DNA of 64,000 nucleotides from Albugo candida (lineage: Eukaryota), in the NCBI GenBank assembly GCA_040437565.1, contig JBDOQK010000052.1:186001-250000 (forward strand), written 5' to 3'. Shown here piece after piece: positions 48,690-62,300 of the stretch. The position numbers and the translations under genes were made by a program. The notes beneath the pieces were generated by a model. It saw only the letters and a list, made by a program, of their open reading frames with translations. It was not told the DNA's origin and ran no database searches. How positions within the stretch are numbered: position 1 is the stretch's first letter; every line of letters begins with the position of its first letter.

Positions 48690-50138
48690 ATGTCAGCGCT
48701 CTGATCACAATGATTCAAGTCTGTAACAAATCCAAAGTCACAAAGTTTGGCACGAGAATCATTATCCAACTGCGTACAAGAAAACAATAAGTATGGTTGT
48801 TCGACCAGGACCTATAAACGATCTACCCACCAAAACATTATGGGGCTTGATGTCGCGATGAATGCATCGCATTGAGTGAAGATAGTTGATCCCTTCTGCG
48901 ATATCCAGTGCTATCTGAAGTAATTTTCTCCAGCCGATGTGACGAATAGTTGAGCTGCGAATATTTTTTAATAGTTGATCCAAATCGGACTGTCCGAGTT
49001 TCTCGCTGACAATCCATATTTGTTTTGTCTTTTTGCTGTCAGCGGCCCCAATAAAGTTCAAGACTCGAGGGTGCTTAAAGCGTTGCAGCGCATTAATTTC
49101 TTTGCAAACAAATGCAGGCACATTTCCATCTTCATCCTTGGGCTGGCACTTGACTGCAACCGCTTGATTTCTGTATTCTCCAACGTAAACGACAGAGAAA
49201 GCACCTTTTCCAAGCTCCTTCCTAATTTTGATCATGTCACTCTCAAGGTGAAATAGACTTTTTTCTTCATGCGTATGTGTGAGCGCACATTGTGGTACGC
49301 CAGACTCATCGCTACTCGCCTGGTTCGTTGTCATTAAAAACTGCTCTCCTTGATGATATTGGAGTACGTTGGTGTTCCGTTTCAAGCAGAAAGCTTGCGA
49401 GACCTTTTGAAATGTTGGGGGGAACCCGAGCGTCCCTGTCAGTTTTTTTTGAATCACCGGTAGCCTCCTGAAATAGCACTGCGTTCTATTCTCAATATCA
49501 CTGGTGCTATTTGTTGTGCAACGAATTCGAAGTATACTTAATGCAGACGTGTATCTCCGTGCACTTACACTGATTACGTCTTGCTGAAGAATCGAGACGT
49601 AGTATGACTGCATAACTCGGTTGAATGTGCATTTTCAGTGAGCGCATAGTGAGCGCACAGTGATAATTTGCAATCATCGGACTCGTATACACTTGAAAAT
49701 ACCGGAGAATGCAAGGATGAATTTATATCTGTTCATTGCTTTAGTCTGCAATAAGAATTCAACCATATAAAGAAACGTTCATATAAGCCAGAAGAGAACG
49801 TAGGCTCAATGTCGCTGTGTTGATCGGCTGCAATATTTGTTATTTATGTTGACCTCGATCTGATCCTATATAGCGTAGACTCTTGTATATTGCTTGCCAA
49901 CTAGTGGCGGGAAATCTTCTTCTGACACTACATTTGATCCACGAGATGAAAAGATAAAGAAAATGCACAAATTCTTGTTTCGATTGTTGTGAAGCGTTAG
50001 TGTCAGTACATCTATTCAATATGAACAATTCTGAAAAAGATATGTACACCTAGATTACCGTGTGCAGCAAAACCTCAGAAAACCTAGTAAGATGGAGTCG
50101 CAAGTATTCATCGACTTAAGTCGACAGATTTGCGAATT
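48690..50138. repeat. Diverged direct copy of 47123-48589 (kinase 5' exon, divergent promoter and RINT1 start), separated by the gap at 48590-48689
   Basis: Colinear copies of 1449 and 1467 bp with many substitutions and small indels. The second copy carries a partial kinase ORF (48762-49613). Confidence 0.93.
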
Positions 50139-53005
50139 GCTTCCGCAAAAACCATACGCTCTTAGAGAAATACAACATCAAGATGAAGAGTACCAGGATG
50201 TAATCACGGCTCTTAAACGCATTAATAGTTTAAGACAAGACGAACATCATGAGAAAGTTGTGGCGCTCGAGCGACACGATAGATGCCTTGAACAAACAAA
50301 ACATGACAAACGAATGGTCGAAGAGTTCAGTGAAATGGCTAATGTTTTGGAAAATTCTCTATCAACTCTGGACGGCGAAATTACGGAAATCAAAGATTTC
50401 GAAGCACATTACAATACACTCAAAGAGCTCTTATCTCCTTTCATGGAGAAGCTGAGGATTCTGGAAACTCACAAGCAATACTATGAGAAAGCCATTTTGC
50501 TTGAAAAAGAAAGCCATAAACTCCAGAAAATCACGAAAACCATTTCAGACGAATCTTTTGGTGCCTTGGAAGAATTTCAGTGCCTCCTACGCAATCTTCC
50601 GATGGAGTTTGCGTATCTTCGTGTACGTTTACACACGTATCGCGAAAATGCCTTTTTGTATAAATGAAAGCAGTCTGTAGGTGAACAACGGCTGAAAAAT
50701 ATTGAGAATGACATGCAGAAGTCAAGCATTCAGAATTTGAAAACTGTACTGAATGAAGCTGGATGGCCAACATGTATGAGAGATAAAGTAATCACGGATC
50801 ATGATTCAAATGTGAGACTAATCCGCTTTTTCTTCTATTTGGCTGACTTATACTGATCAGACATCACAATACGGGAGTAAGATCAGAACGGCTTTTGGGC
50901 ATGCTTTAAGGATCCAGTATATGGACAAATGGACGGAAAGGTCCGAATTGAAGAACGTACAAAGTGTTTTGGCGATTAATTGCCTGCTCAAGCCTGTACT
51001 GTCGCGCTTTCACTATCATTTTACACAAGAGGAAAGTGTGGTGAATCGCTTATTCAGACCAGAATGGTCCTTCAAATATGTCCTGGAACAAATTGAACAG
51101 CATCAGCCCTTTTTAAATGATTTTATCCAGCCAGCGTTGGATACATACGCGCATCTTATTCCATGTAGCGAGGCGCGGATCTTGTTTATACGTGAGCTTA
51201 TCATCGCGTGCAAAGTCAAGCTCGACAAAGATGTAGCTTTGCTCAATACTGGAGATCCTGCAGTTTTTTGCCATACCGTTGATGAAATCATGATGTTTGA
51301 AAGGAATTTAGATGAAAATTACGACTATGGAAAATGGTCTGCACTAGATCGGTCTTATTTTATATACTGCACCGATGCGCTTACAGAGTCAAGCCGAGCT
51401 TTATTTACGTGGACTAAACTGGACCGAGAATTTGCCATCAAGGCTCTGACCGAACCAAATGACAATATGTGCCAGCTTAAATGTAAAGATTATTTTGATT
51501 TGGAAAAATACGGAAGATGGCTATCTGGTGGCATCTTCTTCACTGTAGACTTTCTCCCTGCTGAAAAGGAGTCAATCTGTGTTGACTTTGTACCTCCCTT
51601 AGCCTCAAAACTCATGGTTCTGCTCGAATTCTTTTGCAGACGCATTGTGCACATGAAAAACGAAGAGCTTCGTTATTTATACGTCACTCAAGTCCACTAT
51701 GGCCTACTGGATAAGTACCACACAATATGCAACAGCGATCATTATGCTTTGGAGCTAGGAAAGCATTTTAAAAGCGGCAAGCATCTAGAGGGCACATGGG
51801 CTTGTTGGTGCGGAATAATGAGAGGCGTCATGTTTGTCATTCAGAATCTGACACAATGGGAACAAAGTGTCATTTTTATCGAATTAACACAAAGTCTTGC
51901 AGACTCCAAACTGTCCCGCACCCGCATTATGAAAAAATATCTAGAAACCTCGAAGACGGCTATATCCATGGCTGCTAGAGTTGCTTCGGAAACTGTTTTG
52001 ACTCGTGATGAAGCCACTGCTGTCCGGGAAGCAATTGTCGGTCCAGGCGCGCTTATTGGTCCAACAGCTGCTTTTTCAGCAGCCTACTCCATTGGCTTCG
52101 AGACTGTTAAAACACTTTTTGGAACATCACCTGAGAGGAAAGAACGCAAACGTCTCGACTCCAGTTCGGCAGCTTCTACCCATGAAATGTCTCCTACTAC
52201 TAAGCCGCAACACGAAGAGCTTGAGCGAGTAAATGTTTTAGATGATATGTATGGAGACGATGCATTTGCGCAGAGTATATTTGAATGTTACATCAGCCAT
52301 TTTGAAAAGTTTATATTGGATTCCATTGAAACCGCAGTGGATGAGGTTGCAAAAATTCTACGAAATGATCTATACAAGTATCAACAAAGCTCGTTCTGGG
52401 CGACTCCTATGTCATCACCTCAGTCGGTATCCAACGAAATTACAGCATCGCTGTCACTATGTCAGATATTATTATCGATCGGTAAACAGCACCTTCCACC
52501 TGAATTAAGCGAACGATTCTCCAAGTTTTTGGCTAGAGTTGTGGACGATAGCTTGTCGCGTTGTATTGTCGAAGTGTGTAAGAACTTTATGCAATTATCT
52601 GTGCAGAAAGGCCCGGGGTCTCCCTCTCGATGCGGTAGAAACGAAAATGCTTTCAAACCGAATGCATGTGCCGGCGTTATTAGCAAAGAGTCAGCAAAGC
52701 AATTCGAGCTAGACGTTGAGGGTTGGCTCTCAGTTTGGATCACTACTATCTCGGAACCGACCAGAGTTTTCCGCCGTACATGCGCCGCTAGAAAACTCTT
52801 ACTCATGGATCGGAATAAGTTAAAAGATATTGAGAATATTCTGGCAACTGAAGCAGGGATTATAACTTCCATCAAAACAGGTAAACATAATGACATGAAG
52901 ATTGAGCAGGAAGAATTGACGCAAATTACGACAATTCTTGAAGCCAGCGGGATAGCATCACTTACGCCGCAGGAAGTCTACTCTTTGTGTCATGTTTGCG
53001 TTTAA
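50092..53005 (+). CDS. RINT1: RINT1/TIP20 family vesicle-tethering protein (multi-exon)
   Basis: N-terminal coiled coil in the exon from 50092. The signature LLKPVLSRFHYHF...NRLFRPEW and FCHTVDEIMMFERNL lie in ORF 50921-53005. Internal intron boundaries near 50620-50860 are not resolved. Confidence 0.82.
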
Positions 53006-53304
53006 CGCTGTCACATTGAATAAACATGATTAATATAAGACACCTAAACAAAAATATTATTCGGCTGGCTGACGATAGCATGACGTTTCTATCTGACTGA
53101 GGAGGGGTGCTGCATCGATCGAGTAGTGAAGTATATTCGGTTCTCGCATGCTAAAGTATCAGTGCAAGTGCATTGTCGAGCACGGAAGTGGTATTTTCAT
53201 AATGGGCACACTCACTAACGACCTTTTTGGCGAGTTTTGCAAAACTTGCAAGCTGACACATCTATTGCACAAACCTCGAGTACCACATTCGTCCTCAAAC
53301 CAAT

Positions 53305-56300
53305 TCACCTTTGATCACATCCCCTGCTGTTATATTTTGACCGACTATGTTTTGTCAGAATATTTTTTGACCGCTTCGACTTCTTCACGCTCTGCACGGA
53401 TGCAAATGTTCCTTTGACTCGAAAAGTCCATTGCATTTCATTCGTTAAGATGATGAGAGTACCAGATTGCATTTTCCCGTAAGTTGTCGGCGTGAAGGAG
53501 ACAACAAAAGTACAATGTTCAATCATCCCGTGAGCCGGAAGCGTAGCATGTTCAGGATATACAGAAAAGACCNNNNNNNNNNNNNNNNNNNNNNNNNNNN
53601 NNNNNNNNNNNNNNNNNNNNNNNNNNNNNNNNNNNNNNNNNNNNNNNNNNNNNNNNNNNNNNNNNNNNNNNNGATGCAAATGTTCCTTTGACTCGAAAAG
53701 TCCATTGCATTTCATTCGTTAAGATGATGAGAGTACCAGATTGCATTTTCCCGTAAGTTGTCGGCGTGAAGGAGACAACAAAAGTACAATGTTCAATCAT
53801 CCCGTGAGCCGGAAGCGTAGCATGTTCAGGATATACAGAAAAGACCGAGGAAGAGGTCTTATCAAATGTCGCAATACAGTCTGCTGGTTTACGGAAAAAG
53901 TTTTGTAATTGGAATTGAAAACTAGATGTCTGGTTCAAAGATGCTTCCAACGTAAATGTTTCGTCCACCGGAGGGTCCAATACGCTGATAGAGACCTCAT
54001 AACGCCATTTACCACCGGACGCTTTGGTGATAATCAAAGCGATGTTTCCATGATAAGGTCGAAATGGGTGGAAGTGCACCTGGTAAGATAATGCTGGGAT
54101 ATTAGATGATAATTCCTGGCTTGTTTGCGTATGTGAATATTGCGGATGCAATGTTAGTGCATTTTTAAAAGCTTCGACTGTAGGAAAAGTGTCCTGGGGA
54201 ATATCCCAATCCACTGAAAATGACTCCTTCTCGATATCAACGTTTCGGGGTGCGGCATATAATTTGCAATCAAACGTTTCGGTGACTTCTTTACGAGCAG
54301 AACAAGAAAGAAGGAATGGTTTTGGAATTGAGAATTCTGCCACCCCTTCAATATTGAATTCCCAGTTCATCCTCTTTGACATTACTTCCTGGCTGTGAGA
54401 AAGCACAGATCCATTTATAATCAAGCGAGCGAAATCTCGGCACACGTGTCGTGGAGTAAAAGTGATGGGGATCTGGATGGAATCAGATGCTCTGACAGTG
54501 AAATCTTTGCGCTTTAATAATAATTCGAAAGTGAGAGATTTTTCCTGGTCCGGTCCTAGCAATTTGATGGAAAGCGTCAATGGATCGTCGTAAGGGTTTG
54601 CAAAGTCAACGGTTTTAGTTGCAGGCTCACCAACATGAGCTTGTATGAGAACATATTGGACGCTAATTGGACTTGGATGCTCTGATGTAATAAATGGATT
54701 ATTCAGTGGCACCGAAATCGAATTGTTCTCTGAAGCCGTGCACTTTCCTTCAACTTGAAATTTCCAATCAGTGACAAAGTCGGGTTCAAAAAATGTTATC
54801 TCCGTGAATTCTCTTTCGTCCACAACAGATGGTTTGTATATGACGAAGATAGTTGTCTGACAACATCTCGGAACACTAATCAATGCATTTGCTTCAATCA
54901 GGTATGTGATATGATCCCGAACAATGTTTACGTCATTGGCGGGCGACTTACTGAGTGCAAAGTGAGTGGGATTAGATATGGTATACCGCAGATGCATGTC
55001 ATGATGAGCGCTCGGATTTTGAAGGAGAAGAGGTTCCGAACAATTGCTACTAATTTTGCAGCACATGGAGTTTAATCGCGTAATGTCAGAAGCGGTTGCT
55101 TGCAGTAGAAGACGATACCAAAACTCTCCAATTTCTTCGTTTTCAAAAACCATTTCCCCACTTGAAAAGGTTTTGCTGGTTCCTGAATTTGTTTCGCGCA
55201 GGGGAGTATACACTAGGCTATAAACCCCTGAGTCGTGTGCGCTGATGGTCATTGTACTGTCACCAGATAAATCCCTTCTTTTTCTTTCCTCGTTGGGTTG
55301 TAATTCTTGCTCAATCTTGACTGCAAATGTCACCGCATGCGGCAATGGATTTGCAAGAGTAATTTCGACTCCGATTGGTGTTCGAGCTTTTGTTACCATC
55401 TCAAGTTGATCCCGAGGCTTAGGGCGAGAAACTACTGCTTCAAATGTGTACCATACAATTTCACCTGTGGCGGGTTCAACGCTAGTAAATGTAATGGTAC
55501 CGAGATATTTACCGCTCCTAAGAGGACTGAATGTCAATTCATATCGTGCTTTCTCCGCGTGAGCTGGAATTAAAAGTGTCGGCTCCCCGACAATTTGAGG
55601 GATATCGGAATCGACATCATATCGCTGGGACTGGATTCTTACGTTCCCCTCTATTGGAACCCGAGGTACAAAAATCTCTAGCACAACGCTGTTCTGGGCA
55701 GCACAGTTCACAACGATACAATCCTGGGCTAAAGGAATTTCAATCTTGCCGCGAAGCCTGAACTCGAAAATCTGGCTTGTATTTTTATTTGTAATGGTTA
55801 GAAGTGACGTTGTTTCTGATAGTTTTTTCGTATATGTCTGTTGGGGAGCAAATGTGAGGGGATACATCACCGTCTGCTTCGAGGGCACGATCAGTGTGGG
55901 AGGTCCGGAGAACATACATCTTGTTGTAGAGGATGTGAATTTTGCTTCAAGCGACCACACTTCGGTCGAAGAATTCTTGATTGGAATTTCCTGCACAGTC
56001 TTTTGGCGAGCTGGTGTGATAAATTCCAGGATAGTGTGCATGCTAGGTTCTTTCACGTTCACAATTATCTCGTACACTCGACAATCACATGAGCCTTGAC
56101 ATGGTGCATTTAGTGATAATGACTGTAATGAGAGAATGGTAGATAAGCGCCCAGGGCTCTTCGGCTCTATCGAAAATGTAATGCTTTGGGTCGAGCAATC
56201 TCCTGAACTCATGGTTGATCGAGGTGCGACGATGCGAGCAAGAGTCGACTTTCCATGTGATTTGAATACACGAGAAACCATTTTGGCTTCATCGTCGCCA

Positions 56301-59300
56301 TATTTCGTTGTTGAAACTGTTGATGATGGAACCGGCTTAAAATGGGGAGAGTCAAAGTTGACGGAGAACTGCTGACATTGATGATGTTGTTCTTCGCAAA
56401 TCATCAGGCTATCACGTAGCCGCGACTTCTGAAATCCCACCCCCCATTGTAAATATGTATTATTACGCTCCAGTAGGGCTCCTATTGCTTTTGATAGAAT
56501 CGCATTTCTTTGAGGAAATATGAGCTCACGAACTATTTTATGAGCTTGAAAATGATTAGATCCATCTGGATATCCGATTGGCTCGAGAGTGACTTCGATT
56601 GTCTCCAGAGGTGCAGGCATGTGCGTAGACGCATCCACCCTAATCATGAATTCCCCCACGTGTTCATCGATAAATATGAGATAGCAAGTGTAATCGCCCA
56701 ATTGTAGTGGGAGAAAATCAAGCTGTAATTGATAGGTACTCGGTAGTGGTGACACAGATTCTTCAGAAGCTTTAGAGCGCATTGCCAACGTCACTGCAGA
56801 AGGAGCTATACTTTGTGGTGCTAAAAGTAGCTGCTTCAGCGTGAGCGCTTTAGATTTAAGCAAGATTGCCGATGCACTCATTTCAGGAAGATAAAAGGCT
56901 GCTTGAGATTTTAGACAGCCTTCTGTATCAACATCGTTCTTAGGGTCAATCTCCGAGAATGATCTGAGGTGTTGCTTCTTCTTTGTTGGTACCCGCGTGC
57001 ATTGAGTTGAGAGGGCTGATGATGATGGAGTACTTTCTAGTAGATAAAGCTTGAAATCGGTGTTTCTATCAAAAGGATTTTCGATCTCAATTGTGGAAGA
57101 GATTTTTTCATACAAACGGCCTTCAATATTTATCATACGCTGTGGTGTGCGATACTGTATGGATGTTTCAAGCTGAAATACTAAAGGAGCGGGACGTCCA
57201 CTCGAGTCTGCGCTGACATTAGAGGTGGGTTGGAAAATGAGAATTGCAGACTCTTTCCGTACGAAATGACTTTGGCACTGTACTAGAAAAGAGAGTACTT
57301 GATGAGGTGCAAGAGTGACCTGGGTTATTGGTATTGAGAAAGGACCGCATTTGCATTCCGACGACACACCCAATTTATCTATAACATCAGTGATAGACTG
57401 CATCCGAACATTATACACGACTGGTCCGGTAGCATTAGCGTTCCTTAACTCCATGCATTTTTCGATAAGCTCCCCGCATCTTCCTTCAAATTTGATGACT
57501 TCTTTGGGAAGGTATTCTGGAAGATGCTTATATAAGTGCAGTAAAAGAAGAACTATCTCACGACCATTAAGGCTGGAGATCACAGGCACTATAAGCGCTG
57601 TATTCTCCTGAGTTATTTGAGCTTCCCCCTCTTCTTCAGCTGCAACACGTAAACCGTAGTCAAGATCTAGGGATTCCAATATCTTCACTACTTTATCCTC
57701 TGGTCGTGTTGTATCTGCTTTGAGGGACCCATAAGTAATGGTCTCCTCGGACTCCTTTTCAGGCAATGAGAAACACCGATATTCTTCTGCATCCATACGT
57801 ATCGATGGAATATATGCTACCAAAAGGTGGAAAAGAATTTTCCCGTCCCTAAAGTCTTTATTGAAATCCAAAATCAAGAGATTAGATTGCTTTGTATATC
57901 CAGGTAACGACCCAATGCTACTTTGAACCCACTCCAATAGCATCAACTCGCCGTTGCTATAGACATTGCTGCTTGCCGTGTTTGAGGTATCTCTCTTAAT
58001 GAGCGGGTGGGGTTCCAATCGAAAAAGAACGAATATTTTCAATATCTGGTATATCAGCTTCATCCAGGCTAATGACGTGGTTTGGTTCCATTGTGACAAT
58101 ATACTCTCACTGATGGCTAATTTACAACTACGCTGAGATACGCTTGAACAAACATTTTTTGAGATATCCCTTTTACTATCAGTGAAGCCTCGTCTAGCGA
58201 CTTGATTTGATGTTTTCAGATCACCCCGTTTCACCAGGGTTGGTTCAATGATACCTTTCTCCTTAGCTTTCATGAAGAGATCAAATGGAAGAAGATCAAC
58301 CGGGTTGATATCTGGGAGCATTGCTCCCTTAGAGCGAAGAAACTGTACAATACTTCGATAAAAAGTGAGCCAAGCGGTCATGCTGTCCGATGGCTTATTA
58401 AAGCTTGCGGGAGGGACTGGAAAATCCAACGGAGGGCTTGATCCAAAGCAGAATTTCCCAATGTCGGTCCAGATTCTCTCGTTTTCGACCAAGTCTAATG
58501 GGAGCTCTCGGATTTTGTACTGGTGAAAAACATTTCTGTTTAGATAGTTGATGAGCCGTTGTGTCTCTGAAGTACTAAAAGCCTCGCTGTGTAATATTGC
58601 TGCTACTGACAAATTCATGCTGTTGCGTGGTCTACTGTTTTCTTTTGAGCTCTCTTGAAGCTTATGATGTTGATCAGCGATACCTGGAAAAGAGGCATCA
58701 AGACAGGATAGCAACTCTGCCTGTATTTGCTCAACTGATAGCATTTGGATATTAGAATTGCGATAAGTTGGATTGCTGAAAAAGCCAAACAATTTGCCTT
58801 GATTTTTTCCAGTCAACATTTTGTTAGGTACAAAAGCTCCCAAACTCTCGATGTGGGATATCAAGAGCGCAGCTTGCGTTGGGTCTTGCTTCTTGCTAAT
58901 GATGTCTTGAATTTTGAAAAGAAGAGGTCGACTATCGACGACAGTTTGATGCTGAAAGAAAGTGAAGTTGGTCCATATACTATTCTCCGTCACTCCGGTT
59001 GCCCGAATTCCGTAAGTGTGGCCATTTTGATCGAGAAAATCAATTTCGGTTTCGAACGCGATCCCTTTGCTTGCAGTGAAGGATATGACTACAGGAAGAC
59101 GTAAACAAGACTGGTTCAACACATTCCCTTCTGGAAAGGTAAGCAGCAGAGGTACAGAATTTGTATCAATTCTGACACGGGTTAAAAGTTCCAGATGCTC
59201 GTAGCCATGATTAACGATCCAAAATACAGCTGAAGAAGTCATTTGCAAAGGTACAGGTGGCAAATTTACTGTCAAATTGCGGGTCTTTTCAGCATTCTCG

Positions 59301-62300
59301 TTGGAACTATCACACTCAGTGAGAGAAAATTCAATGTGAGGAAATTGACCATGACCATGTAATTCCAGATCCATGTAGTAGTCATTATCAACGTAAACGG
59401 TCAGCCCTTCAAAATGATACATCTCATCCTTTAATGGGTGAAAGCTGAATTGGATAACATTTTCTTCCAGTGGAGCCAAGTCTCCATTTTCTGGAGCCAT
59501 GTGAAATACCTTGCTGTACTTCCCACTCGACCGCAGATTCTTAATGTCAATATACCACTTGATAAACGAGCTCTCTTTGTTTCGGATCAGTAAGGATTTT
59601 GTGAAGGAGCATCGGCGCATGGAGGGTTCACGAGGAATGAGACAGGTACCGAAATCAACAATTGAGGAGGAAAACGCAATGCGAGGGCAGATAGATTTTG
59701 CAGAAACAAAAAATTTGATATATGGTACCCGTTTGGAAAGCAATGTCGCCGTGTTTTGACAAGCAGATGTGAAGAAGATGTGCACGGGTACCATATTGTA
59801 TGTATTTGTTTCATTCTCGACCGGTGCAAACCTCAAATCGATGGAAATTGCAGACTTCCCTTGAATGGATATCTTGTACATTGACGTTAGTCCCCGTTTC
59901 TCTTGCAGCTGTATTGGATCCAAAGAATATGACATCGCTTCGTCTATCGGATGTGGTCGGACCTCAGCAGAAAATTCAGAAAATCGTCGTTCAGATATAC
60001 CGGTCGCAGATTCCAACGAGCTAAGATCCAGCAATAATGACGTCTTGACTTCACTAAAATTCTTCAGAGGGAGAACTCGATGAGCAATACCTCCAGCCAC
60101 AACATTCCCATATTCGATATTGTTTTTATTTTGAGTTATTTGATCGGACTGAATCTTCACGTCAGGTACGACAAAGTTGGCCAAGACAGGAATCTGAAGC
60201 GTCATTCCACCACGAATCTCTATGTATAGCAATGCATTCTTCACCTTTTCAGCTGGAGAAATTCCAGTCATTTCTAATCGAATTTCTTTGCATTCTCGTG
60301 CTCCAAGTGAGAGAATAGAAGGAGTAACTCGCATGCTCAAAGAAGTGGCTTGTAAGACTGGATGTATGCTAGTGTATGCCACAAGAAAAGAATATTCCGC
60401 TGCATCCGAGCTTGAACCATCATGATCACTTTCATTTCGCAGCAAAATTGACTTTTCTACCCTTACACCAACTTGGACATCACCAAAATCAACAGTCTTC
60501 GGTATAACAGCACAGGCTAGAATTTTATTTGTGGCTGAGCAAAACACACGGGTACGCCTCCCACCAATAATCTCAAGTTCAAATGTTGTTTGAAAAGTGG
60601 ACTGTGCTTGGATTGTTGGAACATACGTAAACATGCATTGCAGCGATTCTTTTTGGTTTAAAGTACCAGAACTCGGATGTATTTGAAACGGACAGGGGAC
60701 TACTTTGCTAGATTTTTTTTCCGGCTGCGATATATCGATCAAGGATGAATTTATCTGTCTGTTTGGATTCTCCACCAGCTCAGTCTTCATATGGTGCCAG
60801 ACAAATGGAGCTTTTGAATTAGACAAATTATCCAGAAGAACGGGCCTTTCAAGAGTTCGATTCACGTCGTCCAATGCAAACTCAAAATGTAAGGTGCAAG
60901 GTGTAGCGAGAACATCTAATGGAACCACTTCAGCCATTATTGACAGCTGACGCGTATGCTTGCCATTGATTGTATATGTAAGGGGCTTGTGTATTACCTG
61001 TTCACGGGAAGAGCTATAGACAAGGTCGAATCCAGCCACCGTGTGAGGCGGAATGACTTGTGAATCTAAGTTGGATCTGGCTACAAGGTCATTACTTTTT
61101 TCGACAGTATCAGGTTTGAATGAACCAAGGTGCAGTGTTACCTTTATATGCTGTTGTAAATCGTTAAATACTGTAAAAGATCGTATGGAACTCGAATTAA
61201 CGCTCATTTTTCCAAAATAAATTACGTTTGGTCCGCTAATGACGTGGTCCAATTGCTCCGTGTCCAGTGTTTCTTCGCATTCTTTCATTTCGTTTGCTGT
61301 TGTTGGTTTTGATTTGTATTTTTTGATAATGAATTTTTCCTCATCAAATGATGTGTGAGCCTTATTCCGTCCTTCGATTGTCTCCTGCTGATTAGTCGGT
61401 GACCTAGCAGACAAGTAGACTGAGGAATTCAGCTCCTTGATGAAACGGGGAACATCAATTTCTGGAGCCTTCATGCCACCTTGAGGAATCATTCCCAAAT
61501 CAATGTAGTCATCGGTCTCAAGTGATTTGTAATGTACTGACTTATTTTTCCTATCACGATCGAGTCGAGAGTGCACAAGGTACCTATGGTATCGTTCACG
61601 GTGCTCTGATCTTTGAACAAACTCTTTCACGGAAAATGATAAATGAGAGTGCTGATTTGATTCTGGAAGAATTATTGGTGCGGTGTTCTCCGATCCTAAC
61701 CTCTTGTGCAATGGCAAGCGGTGAAATCGTGATTCGTTTTTTACTTTTGCTCTCAAGATATCGTCCGAATGAATAAATTTATATGTTGGTTTGACGTTTT
61801 GTAGATGAACTTGTGTCCCACTTAAAAGATCACCGCCTGTTTGCTTGGTATAAAAACTTTCCGACGTGGTCACACTACTACTTGACTGACCTTGTGTAAA
61901 CAGTTTTAGCTGAAATATACCACCTTGTATGTCAATCATGATCTCTTTTTTAAATATTCCAAGTTGTTTAGGCGCAAAGCTCAAAATGATTGATTGAGAC
62001 TGTAAGCTTTCGAGCCAAAGCGTCGATGGATGGATAGAAAAATGGGGTGGTCTTACAAAACTGAGACGTGTTGCAAGTCTAGAATGATTTTTGATAGTCA
62101 AGATCATATCTCTGTGACCATGACATTCCACTGTACCAAAATTGTAGCTAGACAACAACGGTGATACTTCCAAAATGGGTACAAATATCTCAGCGCTGAC
62201 TTCCAAAGTTAAATCTTCTACCGATCCACGACTGGTACTGTCTCCAAACCGGAAAGATACAAAGGCATTCATGAATTTTCCACCACTAAGCTCCACAAGA

